Source: Mytilus edulis (taxonomy: Eukaryota). From it: a stretch of 64,000 bases of DNA. Each line of letters begins with the position of its first letter. The stretch's first letter is position 1. The translations under genes and the position numbers were made by a program. Below are positions 24,629 to 38,200 of the stretch, one piece after another. The notes below the pieces were generated by a model. It saw only the letters and a program-made list of their open reading frames with translations, made no database searches and had not been told where the DNA came from. The stretch lies in contig NC_092345.1 in assembly GCF_963676685.1 (NCBI RefSeq), forward strand, positions 11,346,001-11,410,000. The letters are read 5' to 3'.

Positions 24629-25515
24629 CAAGTACACACCCGTGATATCGCGGGTCCGTGACTGACTTAAAGTATATAACTATGCCTAACCTTATTTTAG
24701 TAATTGGTATTGTCATCTGATAAAGTAATGTCGATTATAAGATACACAGTTTTTTTTTTTGCTTTCAAATCTTTCTGTTTGAACCCGTCGACCTGGAACT
24801 TATCAATTATTGGTAATATTAATTATTTGGAAAACAAAAGGTCCTGGCTATCCAGGAATGGAGTATTTTTTAATCAACAGCATTGTCCTCCTATAGATTA
24901 AAAATTACACCACTCCAGACCCTTTTGTTTTCCACATAACTAATATTGCCAATAATTAACAAGTTCCGGGTCGAATCCGATACCGATACCAATAGTATAT
25001 TCACCTGTTAGCTATTACCTTATCTGTACGTTCCGCATTTGACAGGCGCACCACCAAACGGTGTATTTAGGATTTTGCTATATACACGGGTCATAATCAA
25101 AGGGCTGACACTACTAAATTCTATCATTGTCAAATTGTTCCCTATTGTAGTTTTATTCAGCAATCAGCAAGACTTTCTAAGATAACTAATATAGGACAAA
25201 TTGAATGCTGTTGACCCGTGTATATAGCAAAATCCTAAATACACCGTTTGTTGGTGCGCCTGTCAAATGCGGAACGTACAGATAAGGTAATAGCTAACAG
25301 GTGAATATACTATTGGTATCGGTATCGGATTCGACCCGGAACTTGTTAATTTTTGGCAATATTAATTATGTGGAAAACAAAAGGGTCTGGAGTGGTGTAA
25401 TTTTTAATCTACACCATTGTCCTATATTAGTTCTATATAGAGTTGAATTCTTTGATTTGTCGTTTTTACCCGATGACGGCTGACAAAATGGACCTCGTAA
25501 TTTTAGTATTATAGA
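24629..25515 (-). mobile_element. Non-autonomous Helitron with internal inverted duplication
   Basis: Minus strand starts a|TCTATAATACTAAAA and ends with hairpin CCCGCGATATCACGGG followed by GTACTTG|t (a CTAG variant). It sits between A and T with no TSD. Confidence 0.65.
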
Positions 25516-25530
25516 TACAATTTTTAGCAT

Positions 25531-25632
25531 AGGCACTTGTTTCTGTCAATATGGGGTTTACTATCCATACCCGTACGTAATTTTTCGTACGGGTATGGAT
25601 AGTAAACCCCATATTGACAGAAACAATTGCCT
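25531..25632. repeat. Near-perfect ~47-bp stem hairpin (collapsed palindromic element)
   Basis: AGGCACTTGTTTCTGTCAATATGGGGTTTACTATCCATACCCGTACG, an 8-nt loop, then the reverse complement. Confidence 0.9.
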
Positions 25633-26146
25633 GTGATTTTTAGATATAAAATAATACATGTATAGGCAAATCATTATAGCTGCAATTTAATCAGAATTCA
25701 TTGCATCATCCTCTGTGGATATGAATCTTCTGTTTTTCAACTGCATATACATGTATTGCATAGAAACACAGTATTATTTAAATTTAAGCTGTAACTAGCC
25801 TCTTTTAAAATTATAACCAAACATTTATTCGTTTATCCTTCCCCATGGGTTATCGAAGCCAGATATTAAAACGCACCGTAATCTTTTATTTATTTTAACG
25901 TGTTCATTTATATGAGAAAATGGGTGCAATATTCGAGAAGAAAAGAAAAATGTAATTATAAAATAAACTTGAAAATGAAATAAAGTAATACTTATTGATA
26001 TTTTAAAGATTTCAAATGATCAGAAAATAGGTCAAAGTAATTTTTCTTAACGAAAAGAATGAACAAGAAATATACACTTTAAAATAGAAATTCTGACTGG
26101 TTTAAAAATATCCTCATCGGGTACCAGAAACAGGGAAAACGACAAA

Positions 26147-29100
26147 ATGTCTGACATTGAAAAGTGGATTGAAATAGCAAAAGATTGCAATTACTTGCCA
26201 GAGAATGACCTCAAAGTATGAAGCTTGAGAATTTTAACAATGTCAAACGATGCTTAATGTTAAAATGGGGAAAAAAGAACCCAAGACATGAATCGTCAGA
26301 GTTATTTTTAGAATTCTTTCTCAGTTTCTGTTGTGAAGTTGATATTATTTTATTTTTTAATCGTTTTTACAGTCGGTTTTTCATACTTACTTTCATCACA
26401 TAACTGACAGATTAGCTCTAGCCATATACTCATATATTTAGAGTAATATTTAAGAATTGAATGCTCTTTTTATGCCCCACCTACGATAGTAGAGGGGCAT
26501 TATGTTTTCTGGTCTGTGCGTCCGTCCGTCTGTCTGTCTGTCTATTCGTCCGTCCGTCTGTTTGTTCGTCCGTCCGTCTGTCCCGCTTCAGGTTAAAGTT
26601 TTTGGTCGAGGTAGTTTTTGATGAAGTTGAAGTCCAATCGACTTCAAACTTGGTACACATGTTCCCTATGATATGATCTTTCTAATTTTAATGCCAAATT
26701 AGAGATTTTACCCCAATTTCACGGTCCACTGAACATAGAAAATGATAGTGCGAGTGGGGCATTCGTGTACTGAGGACACATTCTTGTATGTAAATTTATT
26801 GGGGTGTAAAAGCGTTGACCGAAGTACATTTTGTATGAAGCGCGGAAGCATTTCATACTTAAAATGTGCGCACGGTCAACGCTTTTACAACCCTATAAAG
26901 TTACAAAAAAAAGCATTCAATACTTATAATCACATTTTTACCTATAGGATCATGAAAACACGCCTTTTATCAAGTTTTTATTTCATTTACCTGTGCACTT
27001 TATTGTGGGACCTCGTGTCATCATGGATGAGAAGTTTTATTGAGTGACACAACTGCTTAAGGAATAACACATGATGTGCAGTTAGCCAAATAGCAGAATA
27101 ACGTATTGTAATGAAACATACATCTAATGTAATTATTGTAATATGCTTTTGTTTACAGAAATAATCTAATACACCTTATCATGCTTATCACTATTTAGAA
27201 ATCTGTCCCGCTTCGCTTGAAGTTGAACTGTTGACAGCATACAACAATCACTTTTTTTTATTGTGGTTAGGTATCAGATATTTTCTATTATGTCTTTAAA
27301 ATTTTATTGGAACTTTTGTGATGTCCACTGAACTACTGAACTATGTCATGTAATAAAAAAATTATTTGATTTATATATTGACTTTTTATAAATACTTTTT
27401 CAGCGATTATGTGACATGGTATGTGAGTTATTGCTTGAAGAATCCAATGTACAGCCTGTGTCATCCCCTGTCACTGTGTGTGGTGACATTCATGGACAGG
27501 TAAATATTTATCATAGATCCCTCAATTATAGAAGTGTTATGAAGTAGAGGAAAACTTCTTCTATAAGTTGATGAATTAATGCACACCCAAAATTGTGATT
27601 GATTGAACTAGACATGTTCAAAAACTTTCTTGATTAATCTGTCCTGACTAAAGTGAACACTTTCTGAAAAAGATGCCCTATATGTCCTACCTATGATTAT
27701 TAGAAATTAAACTTTTTTTTATCTCAAAATAGAAGATTAATATACATGTACCATGTATATGGATGGCCAATAAAAGGCAATTAGGTAACACCTATATATA
27801 TAGCTACTACATATTACATGTTAAATGATCAATGTTTAGGCCTTTATCATTACATGTCTTTGTGTGCTGAGATTCCAGGCCAGGTAAGTATTTTACTTTG
27901 TTTTTGTATATTGTTCAGTCCATTTCAACATACTCACAGAAGTTTTACCATGTATTGTATCACTTACAAAACTCTGAAATGCACCATTCTACTTTGATAA
28001 ATTATGTCAACCAAGGAAATTTTTATCTTAGAAATTATGAAAGAATAAATTAATAAGACATAACCGTAGGAACTTGCAACAAGTTTTTCACAAAAATGAG
28101 TAGTTGTGAAACAATGTCATGAATGTGAAACAAGAACAAAAGATCTCTACTTTAGTTACCGTAGATCATGTCTTAAGAAACTTCAGAAACTTTGATAGCT
28201 TTGAACATATGCAAATGCCTAAACATCAAATAATATTTACACAGTGCAAAATTTAAAATTATTTTTTAATTTTCCTTCAGTTTTATGACCTGATAGAATT
28301 GTTCAAAACAGGAGGCCAAGCACCTGACACTAATTATATTTTTATGGTAAGTCACCAGACTACGTAACATAGCATTATAGATCTATTGATTATTGAGATT
28401 CTGTATTTAAAAAAAATGAATTACTTGCTAAATATGTAAGCATGAACATGTGGAATGGGATCCCATACCGATTGTTTGTCATGAATGAATGCACCATATA
28501 TATATTTTGTTCTTTTCTATCCCATTTTGAAAAAGTTTTTAATAAAAATTTTAAAGAAATATTAGTACATGTATTTTATACCTCCACTCTAGATGTGGGG
28601 TCGATATTGCATTTACCTTGTCTGTCCATTCCTCCACTCTAGATGTGGGGTCGATATTGCATTTACCTTGTCTGTCCATTCCTCCAACAACACACAATAA
28701 TTTCATATTTAATCAGCAACTTGACAGTGATGAGTTTTAAAATGTAATCATTTGTTTTTTATTCTTCAGATTAACTGATTCATTGAATTTTTCAATACCT
28801 TGAAATATGAACTTTAAAAATAATTGGTCCTCAAATATAACTGCACTGAATGACTTTATAGTTAGATATTTCAGACACTTATCATTGGCAGAATTGTTAT
28901 AGTTCTTATATTTTGTATGATGTAAATATATATACATGATATAATGAGTTTTATATAATATGAACAGTGAACAGAAACTTTGATTTCATTCTAGGGTGAT
29001 TTTGTAGACCGAGGATATTACAGTTTAGAAACTTTTACGTTACTGCTCACATTAAAGGCAAGGTAGGTCTGCTTGGTATGAACACTGTTGAAAGGTTGTC

Positions 29101-32100
29101 AGTCTTATTTTTAAAATATATGTCTTATATCTCGTTCACCTTGTACATTTGTTTGTCTAACAAATTTTTCACTAATACATGTACTTCTGAACAGAAGGGC
29201 TTCATGTTTAATCAGAAGTTTGATAGTGATAAGTTGTGTGCAAATCTACTTTCTGTTTTATAGGAATTGAAAACTAAACACTCATAGTTGTAAATATTGT
29301 AATAATTATAAAGAAAGGTAAAAAGAAATCTCTGTACATGTATAAAGGGAGAAATTGTATGGAAACCAGATGTTAGATGTTGATGACTGAAAAAATTAGA
29401 TAAAAAAGTTATTTGATTTTATGAAAATATGTTGATGATTTTTATATTGAAGAAAATATGTATGTAAGAGATTGTCACTGAATTTTTGATGGTTTTCAAG
29501 TTTTATATTTGATCTAGGTCAACGTATTTCAATGTTTAGACAATAACTCTAAATATCAGCACAACTATGTTAAATTTGCAAATTTGATTCCAAATATAAA
29601 AAAATCTCACACCAGGACTAGAGTTCATGCATAATATATTCAAATTCAATTCCTTCTAAAAAAATGCACTATCATTATAGACATGACTTGATATTAAAAG
29701 AACTAAAAATGAATTTGAATGTTTTAGGTGGCCAGACAAAATGACCCTACTGAGAGGTAACCACGAAAGCAGACAGATAACACAGATATATGGATTCTAT
29801 GGTAATGAAGAATTCGTTTTTGACCATCTTCCAAATGACAAACACAGAAATAGATATAAGAAGATGTGGTATGAGTGCCAATGAGACAACTCTCCATCCA
29901 AGTCACAATTTGTAAAAGTAAACCATAATAGGTCAAAGTACAGTTTTCAAAACGGAGCCTTGACTCACACCTACCCCAAAAATGACTAGTGTAAAACCAT
30001 TGAAACATGAAAACTGACTGTATAATTTATATAAATACAAGAAACACCTATGAACCACATCAACAAAGTACAACCACTGAACATCAGGTTCCTGACTTAG
30101 AATAGGTGCAAACAAATGCAGGAACTACATTTACTTCAGGATTAGCAGGGGCAATTTCCCCTCTCATCATTGCCAATACATTACATGTAAATATGGTCCT
30201 GTAATTTAGAAACTAATTATATATTAAATTATGTTTTTTTATGTTAGCAGTCTTATTGGTCTGAATGAATTTGTCACTCTTAAATGTGAATCTACTGAAT
30301 TTGTCACTCTTAAATGTGAATCTGCTGTATTTGTCACTCTTAAATGTGAATCTACTGAATTTGTCACTCTTAAATGTGAATCTACTGAATTTGTCACTCA
30401 TTAATTTGAATCTACTGAATTTGTCACTCTTAAATGTGAATCTACTGAAATTGCTGAAGGAAACAACTGCTGATTTAAAAGTCAAGCAAAAGATACTAAA
30501 CATTGCTAAAGGGACATTCAAGACTGAAGACATTGAAGAAAAACTGGCACATCATGGCAGAAAATGATTATCTTGAAAGACAAAACAACAGTCTATTAAA
30601 CACTACATAGAAAGCTATAAACTGACAACCAATGAACTTCTGCTCCACTAGTGGCACCCATCATGTTGCTCATGGTAATTACACTTGTGGGGAAAGTAAA
30701 GGATGTATGCCTTTTTGTAAAATGAAAACAAATGTGTTTAAATATCAGAAATTGAATTAATTATGGTTTTTATATAAAGATTCAAATGACACACACCTGG
30801 AAACATGTTTGTTATTTAACCCCCTCAAAATAAAATCCTTTATCTGCCCCTTAAAGAATGATGTCTCCGTATAACGTATAAATATTTGTTTGTGTTATAC
30901 AGATGAGTGCCAGACAAAGTATGGTAATGCTAATGCATGGAGATATTGTTGTAAAGTATTTGATCTACTAACAGTTGCAGCAGTAAGTTTATAACAGTGA
31001 TTAAACGCTGTTGCAGTACATGTTAACAAATGTTGAAACCTAATACAGTGTTTATACACTTTTGTTGTACAAGTAAGGAAATTCTGAATAAATGTGTGAT
31101 ATAAATATATATTTCAATATTAAATAAGTATGTCACCTCAATCAGGTCAATTTACATTTAGTGTTTATGCACCTATCACAGACAGGGCATATTGCCATGG
31201 ACATTATGCATCATTCATCCATCCATCAACGCTTCCTTTAATAAGTCAAATTTTCTTTCACCAATTCTAGTTAAATTTTTTCCCAAAACATTAGGATTGA
31301 AGGAAGAAAATTTTCTGGTTTGTAATTCGATTGTTACAGTACTTTGATTATCAAATTGAAGCAAAATTTTCACATGTGCCATAACTTTGGTTCGCTTGGA
31401 TTACACAATAACTCTTATAAGAATTCATCTGGTAATTTTTGCGGCAATAGATAGTATGCAGATCAAATATCATAAAAAAAAATTATTTGAGCATTTTAAT
31501 AAATGTATATGCGAGCACAATTATATTGAATATGATAAAGTAGTGTGTGATATAAAAAACCTATGAAATGTATGCCACCTTAATATGACCTGATATTCAT
31601 TTGTGTACATTTAATTTGAATGCATTCACATCAGCTATCATTCTTATGAATCTGTAATATAAAATGCTGAATTAGTTTGCTAGATTGACTTGAATTTGAA
31701 TTGAAAATATCATTGACTTATTTTATTTTGTATAATTGTAGATAATAGATGAAACAATTTTATGTGTACATGGTGGATTATCACCAGACATTAAAACTAT
31801 TGACCAGATACGTACAATAGAGAGAAATCAAGAAATACCACATAAAGGGGCATTCTGTGATATCCTTTACAAATAATACACTACTCATCAGATGGAATTG
31901 TCCTTGATTGTAGGGACTGGGAATGAACAAAATTTCTGGATCGGGTCCCTGTGTTGTGTTTAAATAATACAATACACCTCACATTGATTTTGCAATGGCT
32001 TTCTGTCTATGATAAAATTTTAGAATGACCAAAACTTCTGGATGGGTCCTTGTGCTTCAATAATACACTACACCTCAAATGGATTTTATAATTTCTACCT

Positions 32101-35100
32101 GTCCATGATTAAAGTGTCTAGAAATGGCCAAAACTTCTTGATGGGTCCTTGTGCTTCAATAATACACTTTACCTCAAAAGGATTTTACAATATCTACCTG
32201 TACATCATTAAAGTGTCTAGAAATGGGCAAAACTTCTAAATGCCACCTATGCTTTATTGGAACACTAAAAGAAAAATTAATTTACATAAAGAATTCAACA
32301 TTTGTATTCAAATTAATACAGTGAATATACAATTTGTACAAAAAAAATATATACAAGAACCTAATTTGATGAGCTGTCCACCATAAGTATGTGGAAGACC
32401 AAACTAACTGTAGTGTACACACAAGCAGCCCTGATTTTATAGCATGATAAATCTTACTCACAAGTAACATTGCATATTCACAAATTTTCCTACCAGGACA
32501 CATTATGACTACTCCTAGCACTAAGATTATTTGTAAAATATAGAAACTGTTTATGAAACAATTTTTCTTGTAAAACTTTTCCTTAACACATTGAACATTT
32601 GGTATGGTCTGATCCAGAAGATGTAGATACATGGTCTGTTAGTCCAAGGGGAGCAGGATGGTTGTTTGGTGCCAAAGTTACCAATGAGGTTAGTATTATA
32701 CATGTTTCTATATCTAAAAGCTAGAGTTTATATAATATTATTAATATTTGACTCCAATTAACCCCATAAATCATTTTTCATGCCACCTTATTAGTCATAT
32801 CTGGACTTTTCAAACACTTCCTGATATTTTATCAAATATAGTCATTAGACCATTCAGGCACCTATAAAATCAATCACATATAGTCATTAGACCTTTCAGG
32901 CACCTACAAAATCAATCACATAAGTCATTCGACCTTTCAGGCACCTAAAAATTCAATCATATATAGACATTAGACCTTTCAGGCACCTATAAAATCAATC
33001 ACATATAGTCATTAGACCTTTCAGGCACCTATAAAATCAACTTGAACTGATTGTGACACTTACCAAAAAGCAATATTAAAGTTTTATATACATTACATTT
33101 GATAAATGTATCTTGTTGACTGTTCCCTAGTTTCAAATATATATGATTAACTTCTATATAAAAATGAGGAGATATAGGATAATTGCCAATGAGACCATAG
33201 GACTAAGATGTTAACACTATAGGTCATCTTAAGGATGTACTTAGGTGAGGTTTTGGAATTTGTGTCAAATGTTCGGACAACTTGGTGTTTTTCCATACAA
33301 TACAATGTAAAATATTTTGCCCCATAAGACCCATTTATTTTTTCATATAAGACTAAATAGCTCATGAAAAGTCATTTACCAAAAATTTAGAAGATTCTTG
33401 ATTTTCTTTCTTTTGTTTTGAGACCCAAATAATACCAATGCAAATAAAACGTAAAAGTCCGAGTCAGCCTTTTCTCGCCATATTTTAAATCTCAAATATT
33501 TCGAGAAGGAGGTCCATGACCTATCAATAATTTTAGTTTATCTTAATCCTTAATTAATGCTTCATCAGCTTATATTATCAATTTCTTAATTTCTTAATTT
33601 TTACCTAACCTCACCTAAGTACATCCTTAAGACCTTCAACAATGAGCAAAATCCATTCTGTTTATTAGGCTATAAAAGACCCTGACATCACAAAATGTAA
33701 AACAATCCGAAAGGAAAAACCATTAGCCTGATTTAGGCTAAAAGGAAACTAATCAAAGAACAAATATTACAGTAACTAACAACAATCTCTGAATTAAAGG
33801 ATCTTGAATATGGTTATGCACAGTTTATAGATATAGGAAGATGTGGTATGAGTGCCAATGAGACACTCTTCATCCAAGTAACAATTTATAAAAGTAAACC
33901 ATTATAATAGGTCAAGGTACGGCCTTCAACATGAAGCCTTGGCTCACACCGAACAGCAAGCTATAAAGGGCCCCAAAACTGATTACTAGTGTAAATCTAT
34001 TGAAATGGGGAAAACCAACGGTCTAATCTTTTTAAAAATGAGAAACGAGAAACATATGAACAACATTAACAGACGACAACTACTGTACATCAGATTCCTG
34101 ACTTTGGACAGGTGGAAACATTTGCTGCGGGATTAAACGTTTTAATAGTATGTTTGTGAACACTCAACCTTCCCTTTACCAGAATTAGTTTTTTTCAAAG
34201 CCTGTAATGCAGTTATTCAATTGTATAAAAATTAAAAAGTGCTATATATTGGAATCAAATTTGAATGTTTGTAATATATGTTTACAATTCTGTTTTAGTT
34301 TGTACATATAAACGGTTTGAAGTTGATATGTCGAGCTCATCAGTTAGTGCATGAAGGTAAGTTACTTTAGTTTTTTGTTGGATTTTTTTAATTTTGAATT
34401 GTCCATGTTTGTCTTGATTTGAAATTGCATTGAAAAACCTTCTCATGGTGTGGTCCTGCACTTTGAAAACAACCTCCACCACTAGTTTGTCACATTTATA
34501 GCTTTAGAGCATACTTGTACTAAACAATAATGGAAGTACCGGTATAATACAACTCAACATGTAACCCAAACAATGAAGCAAAAGAACTTTCTATTAAAAT
34601 AACCAAATTAAATTTGGATGCAATACGGTTAAATTCACCATATCAAGCCATCTTAGTATTCTTAGTATACATATGAATATAATTTATTTAAACAAAATTT
34701 GGAAATCAATAATACAAGAATTGGATCCACTTTCATACCTGCCATTTTTTTCCAAATCTCCATGGGAGATTTTAAGTACAAGAGGACCTAATGCATATAT
34801 TATATTTGTCATTTATGGTTTTGAATGAGTATACCTGTATTTAAATGTATATTAATTATAAAGAAAATTGGATTTTAAGCCTTTACACACCTACATTTCT
34901 TGTTGTTGTGAAATTTATATCATAGGTTTACATCAGCAATGTAAAGCAATTACAATTATTTTTTATAACATATTGAGTTGAAAAAATTGTATAATTATAA
35001 TAATAAAAAATATGAATTTTAATTTGTACATTTCAGGATATAAGTATATGTTTGATGAGAAGTTAGTAACAGTATGGTCAGCACCTAATTACTGCTACAG

Positions 35101-35227
35101 ATGTGGAAACATTGCCGCAGTATTATCATTTAACGACGCAGATAACAGAGAGGCGAAACTTTTCAGAGCGGTTCCTGATTCAGAACGAGTTATACCAGCA
35201 AAGTCAACAACACCATACTTTTTATAG
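26147..35227 (+). CDS. PPP6C: Serine/threonine-protein phosphatase 6 catalytic subunit, 303 aa, 10 coding exons
   Basis: Exons 26147-26215, 27404-27499, 28281-28346, 28995-29062, 29728-29801, 30903-30982, 31742-31859, 32597-32688, 34299-34356, 35037-35227 (912 nt). Motifs [36 protein letters not shown]-terminal TPYFL. PP6-specific stretches [31 protein letters not shown]. Confidence 0.97.
26467..26788 (+). mobile_element. HINE / DINE-1-like Helentron-associated non-autonomous element
   Basis: T-rich flank, subterminal inverted ATGCCCC..GGGGCAT, a (CGTC/TGTC)n microsatellite, and 3' GGGGCATTCGTGTACTGAGGACACATTCTTGT. Confidence 0.7.
30264..30449. repeat. 30-bp minisatellite x6 (PPP6C intron 5)
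   Basis: TGAATTTGTCACTCTTAAATGTGAATCTAC repeated. Confidence 0.9.
31860..32596 (+). other. U12-type (minor spliceosome) AT-AC intron, PPP6C intron 7
   Basis: 5' splice site ATATCCTTT, branch point TTTTCCTTAAC at 32577-32587, 3' splice site AC at 32595-32596. Removal restores GAFC-G|AT-LVWSDPE. Confidence 0.93.
32835..33040. repeat. ~42-bp minisatellite x5 (PPP6C intron 8)
   Basis: ATATAGTCATTAGACCTTTCAGGCACCTATAAAATCAATCAC repeated. Confidence 0.85.
33233..33626. mobile_element. Kolobok-type non-autonomous element (TTAA TSD, GG termini)
   Basis: ttaa|GGATGTACTTAGGTGAGGTT...AACCTCACCTAAGTACATCC|ttaa. It interrupts a family-A repeat. Confidence 0.8.
33830..34180 (+). repeat. Dispersed repeat family A (AAGATGTGGTATGA.TGCCAATGAGACAACT...)
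   Basis: Other copies at ~2070-2450(-), 3495-3740, 5740-5945, 12915-13260, 16210-16525, 18180-18495(-), 29855-30120, 42920-43125(-), 54160-54270(-). Confidence 0.75.
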
Positions 35228-38200
35228 AATTAGTTGATAAAGACAAATAATTTCAAACAGAATAGTTGAGTGACAAATAATTTCAAACAGAATAGTTGAG
35301 TGACAAATAATGACAGATTCATATGATTGCAAATGAACTGTTTAAGTAAACGGACCTGTAGAATCAGAAAATTGTATCAAAATAATCATATGTTTGAATT
35401 GACTAATTATTTATTCTGTATGTTTGAAACTAATTATATTGGATAAGGGCATAATCTAGGACAAATTGTGCATAAACAACTACTTAGTTGTGGTCACTTC
35501 TCTTCTTTTTTGTTGCATCTGGATATATACTGTAAAAAATTAACATTAATATGTAGACATTGCAACAATTATGTTCCTCTTATGAAATTCTAGATTATTT
35601 TCTGTTTACTTTAATCATTTGTTATTGTATAACTTTATTCATGAATATATTCACCAATACATGGTTATTCATTAATTTTAATGAAACTAATTATTTTGTA
35701 CATAATTCTCCCTCACAATTTTTCATCTGGGCTATTCCTATAAAATGAATGTGATAGGGTTGTAAAGGACTTCCAAATTTCCCCTACATACAACTTACTC
35801 TATTTTTTTTAGGTTTTGCAAACATCACATTGACAGTAGTAAATGACCAATGACCTATGTCCAAAAATTAATATGTGTTTTTCCTTTCTACAAATGTACA
35901 TCTATTTTATTGGAAAAGCCCTCATTATTTTATTCTGGTATATTTTATTCTGGTATATTTACTGAAGCTGTTTTTAGCCTTATTCAGTTGTTTTGTTTTC
36001 AGCTAAAATTTGAAGCACCTGATTTGGAAATAACAGACAAATGATATTTTCATAAGTATAGTCATCTTTAACTTATTTTGCTGACATAAGAAAGGGAAAC
36101 AATTCTGTGAAGCCTTGAATTCAAAGCTAAAGTTACATATTGTTAAAAGGTGATTTTATATTGAAATATACTTAGTACAGTGGGCTAGTCCTTATTTGTG
36201 ACAAACCATAAAATCTTAAAAAATCACCCAACTGTTTAATATTTGTTATAAATTATTTTAATGGTACTTTTTTTATGTTGGTAGAAATTAATGCTCTATC
36301 AAAGATGTATTTTAATGTATGTGTTAACAGTAATAGAATAAATAAAAGAAAAATGAACTTTCACAAGTTTGCTGCTTATTAAATATGAATCATTTTACTG
36401 TGCCTATCCGATCACCTTTGGGGTATTATAATACCTACAGTGTTACCTGGATAAAAAATTGTCTACACAATTTGTCCATTTAAACTGTACAATAGGTTTT
36501 GTGAGATGTTATCAATAGGTGGTCATTTAACTACCCAGTAAAAAAAAAATCACTAAAAGGTAAAATTTAAATGACTGATAGCTAGCTTGCTTTCCTCATG
36601 TATCATGACCAATGTCCTGAATAGACTATTCTATTTAGATATGGGACATTTAAGCCATTTCTCTTTGTGTCTCTAAACAGTGAAGATGGAAATTTCAATC
36701 AGTGAATTTAGTTTATAAAAAAAAAGATATATGTTTGCTTCATGGTGTTTTAATGTGGGATATATTTTAAGTTTCTGATTCCTGATATGGAATTAAAGTG
36801 TTTGTGAAATGGATTTATTTGGATGGTCCATCTACAATTTTTTTTGTAATTGTGAATAATTCTACAAAATGAATTATGTGTGGCTTGGTGTTTTCTAATG
36901 GGATATATTTTCATGTTATATTACGATTCCTGAAATGGAATAGTAGTGATGCTAAGTTTCATTTAATATTCAGGATCTACTTCAATTGGAATTACTGTTA
37001 AAAACTTATTTTCGATATATAGATTGTATCAAAAAAAAAGTACAAATGGTTTAGTGAATAGAAATTTTAGTGCTTAATTTATTCTTCATTATGAAAGTGG
37101 GATTTACAAGGAATGATTTATTTGTGATTGTTAGCAAAAAAAATAATTTTACAATAATATCTTTATTAGAAAGAACATATTGTGTATTAAATGTAAAATG
37201 TCCTATACCTCAATAGAATAGTCCATTCTTCAGGACATTGGACATGAGGAAAGCAAGCTAGCCATCAGTAATTTAAATTAGCTCTGTCAAAAACAACCAG
37301 GTAAATCTACAGGTAGTTAAATGACCATGCACCTGTTGATGACAGCTCTCACAATACCTATTGTACAATTTAAATGGCCAAATTGTATTGAAATTGTATT
37401 TAAACTGGCCAGGCAATAGGTAATTCACTACCACAAAGGTTATTGGATAAACACAGTAACATTATTTTGTACTGTGTTTTTGAAAAAAGAAACAAGGGTT
37501 GAAATTGTATGTTTCTATCAAAGTGCATTCTTATTTGAATCTAATGACATTTCATCAACAGTTATGTACTATAGATATTTGCAATTTCAATGCATTAACA
37601 TCTCGTTCTGTGGTTGAATTCACTTATCGAATGATAAATGGGCCCTTCCCATAAATATTGTTGATTTGTATAAAATATTCAAGTGGGGAATATTTTCCCA
37701 CATTTTATGTGATTCGCAAAATAGGTGAAGATTACCACTGCACGAGAATTTCCATTTTTACCGTTAAAAATTAAGTGTAATTAATTTTTTATAATGTAAA
37801 TAAAAGTATAGAAATTTGTTTTGGTATTATTCACTTGAACATTATTATGTGATGTTTTAAGAAAAAGAAGGTACATAATGTTACTGTGTAAAAGAAGTAT
37901 TATTAGAAAATATGGTTTGGGGGTAAAAATGCCATTTTTTGGCCATCATTTGGCATGTTTCAATCTTATTTCTGTTGAACTGCAGTCAAATTAACCTGAC
38001 AGGATTGTAGAAAACTCTTTTTGTCGTAAAACATTTGTCTCTTGTGTTCAGTCATGGTTCTTTGACTTTGCATTTTCTGTATATAGAAGCTCATATCATC
38101 TAGTTGCCTAAAACTCAACCTAATTTTACTTCAACAAAGCCACATAAATACTTAACCCTCATTTATAGTTGCTACCACAAGATTATGGTTTTGTGTTTTA

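Noticed and set aside
28727-28778. Possible intronic C/D snoRNA (GTGATGA...CTGA)
   Set aside because: Too short, with no terminal stem and no recognisable rRNA antisense element. No convincing snoRNA was found in eIF3g introns either.
30213-30567. Leucine-rich-repeat-like ORF ([10 protein letters not shown])n
   Set aside because: Translation of a 30-bp intronic minisatellite, with no splice signals linking it to a gene.
31856-31876. PPP6C as a pseudogene, or a sequencing error, because there is no GT donor and an in-frame TAA follows
   Set aside because: Fully explained by a U12 AT-AC intron with matching branch point. All other exons are intact.
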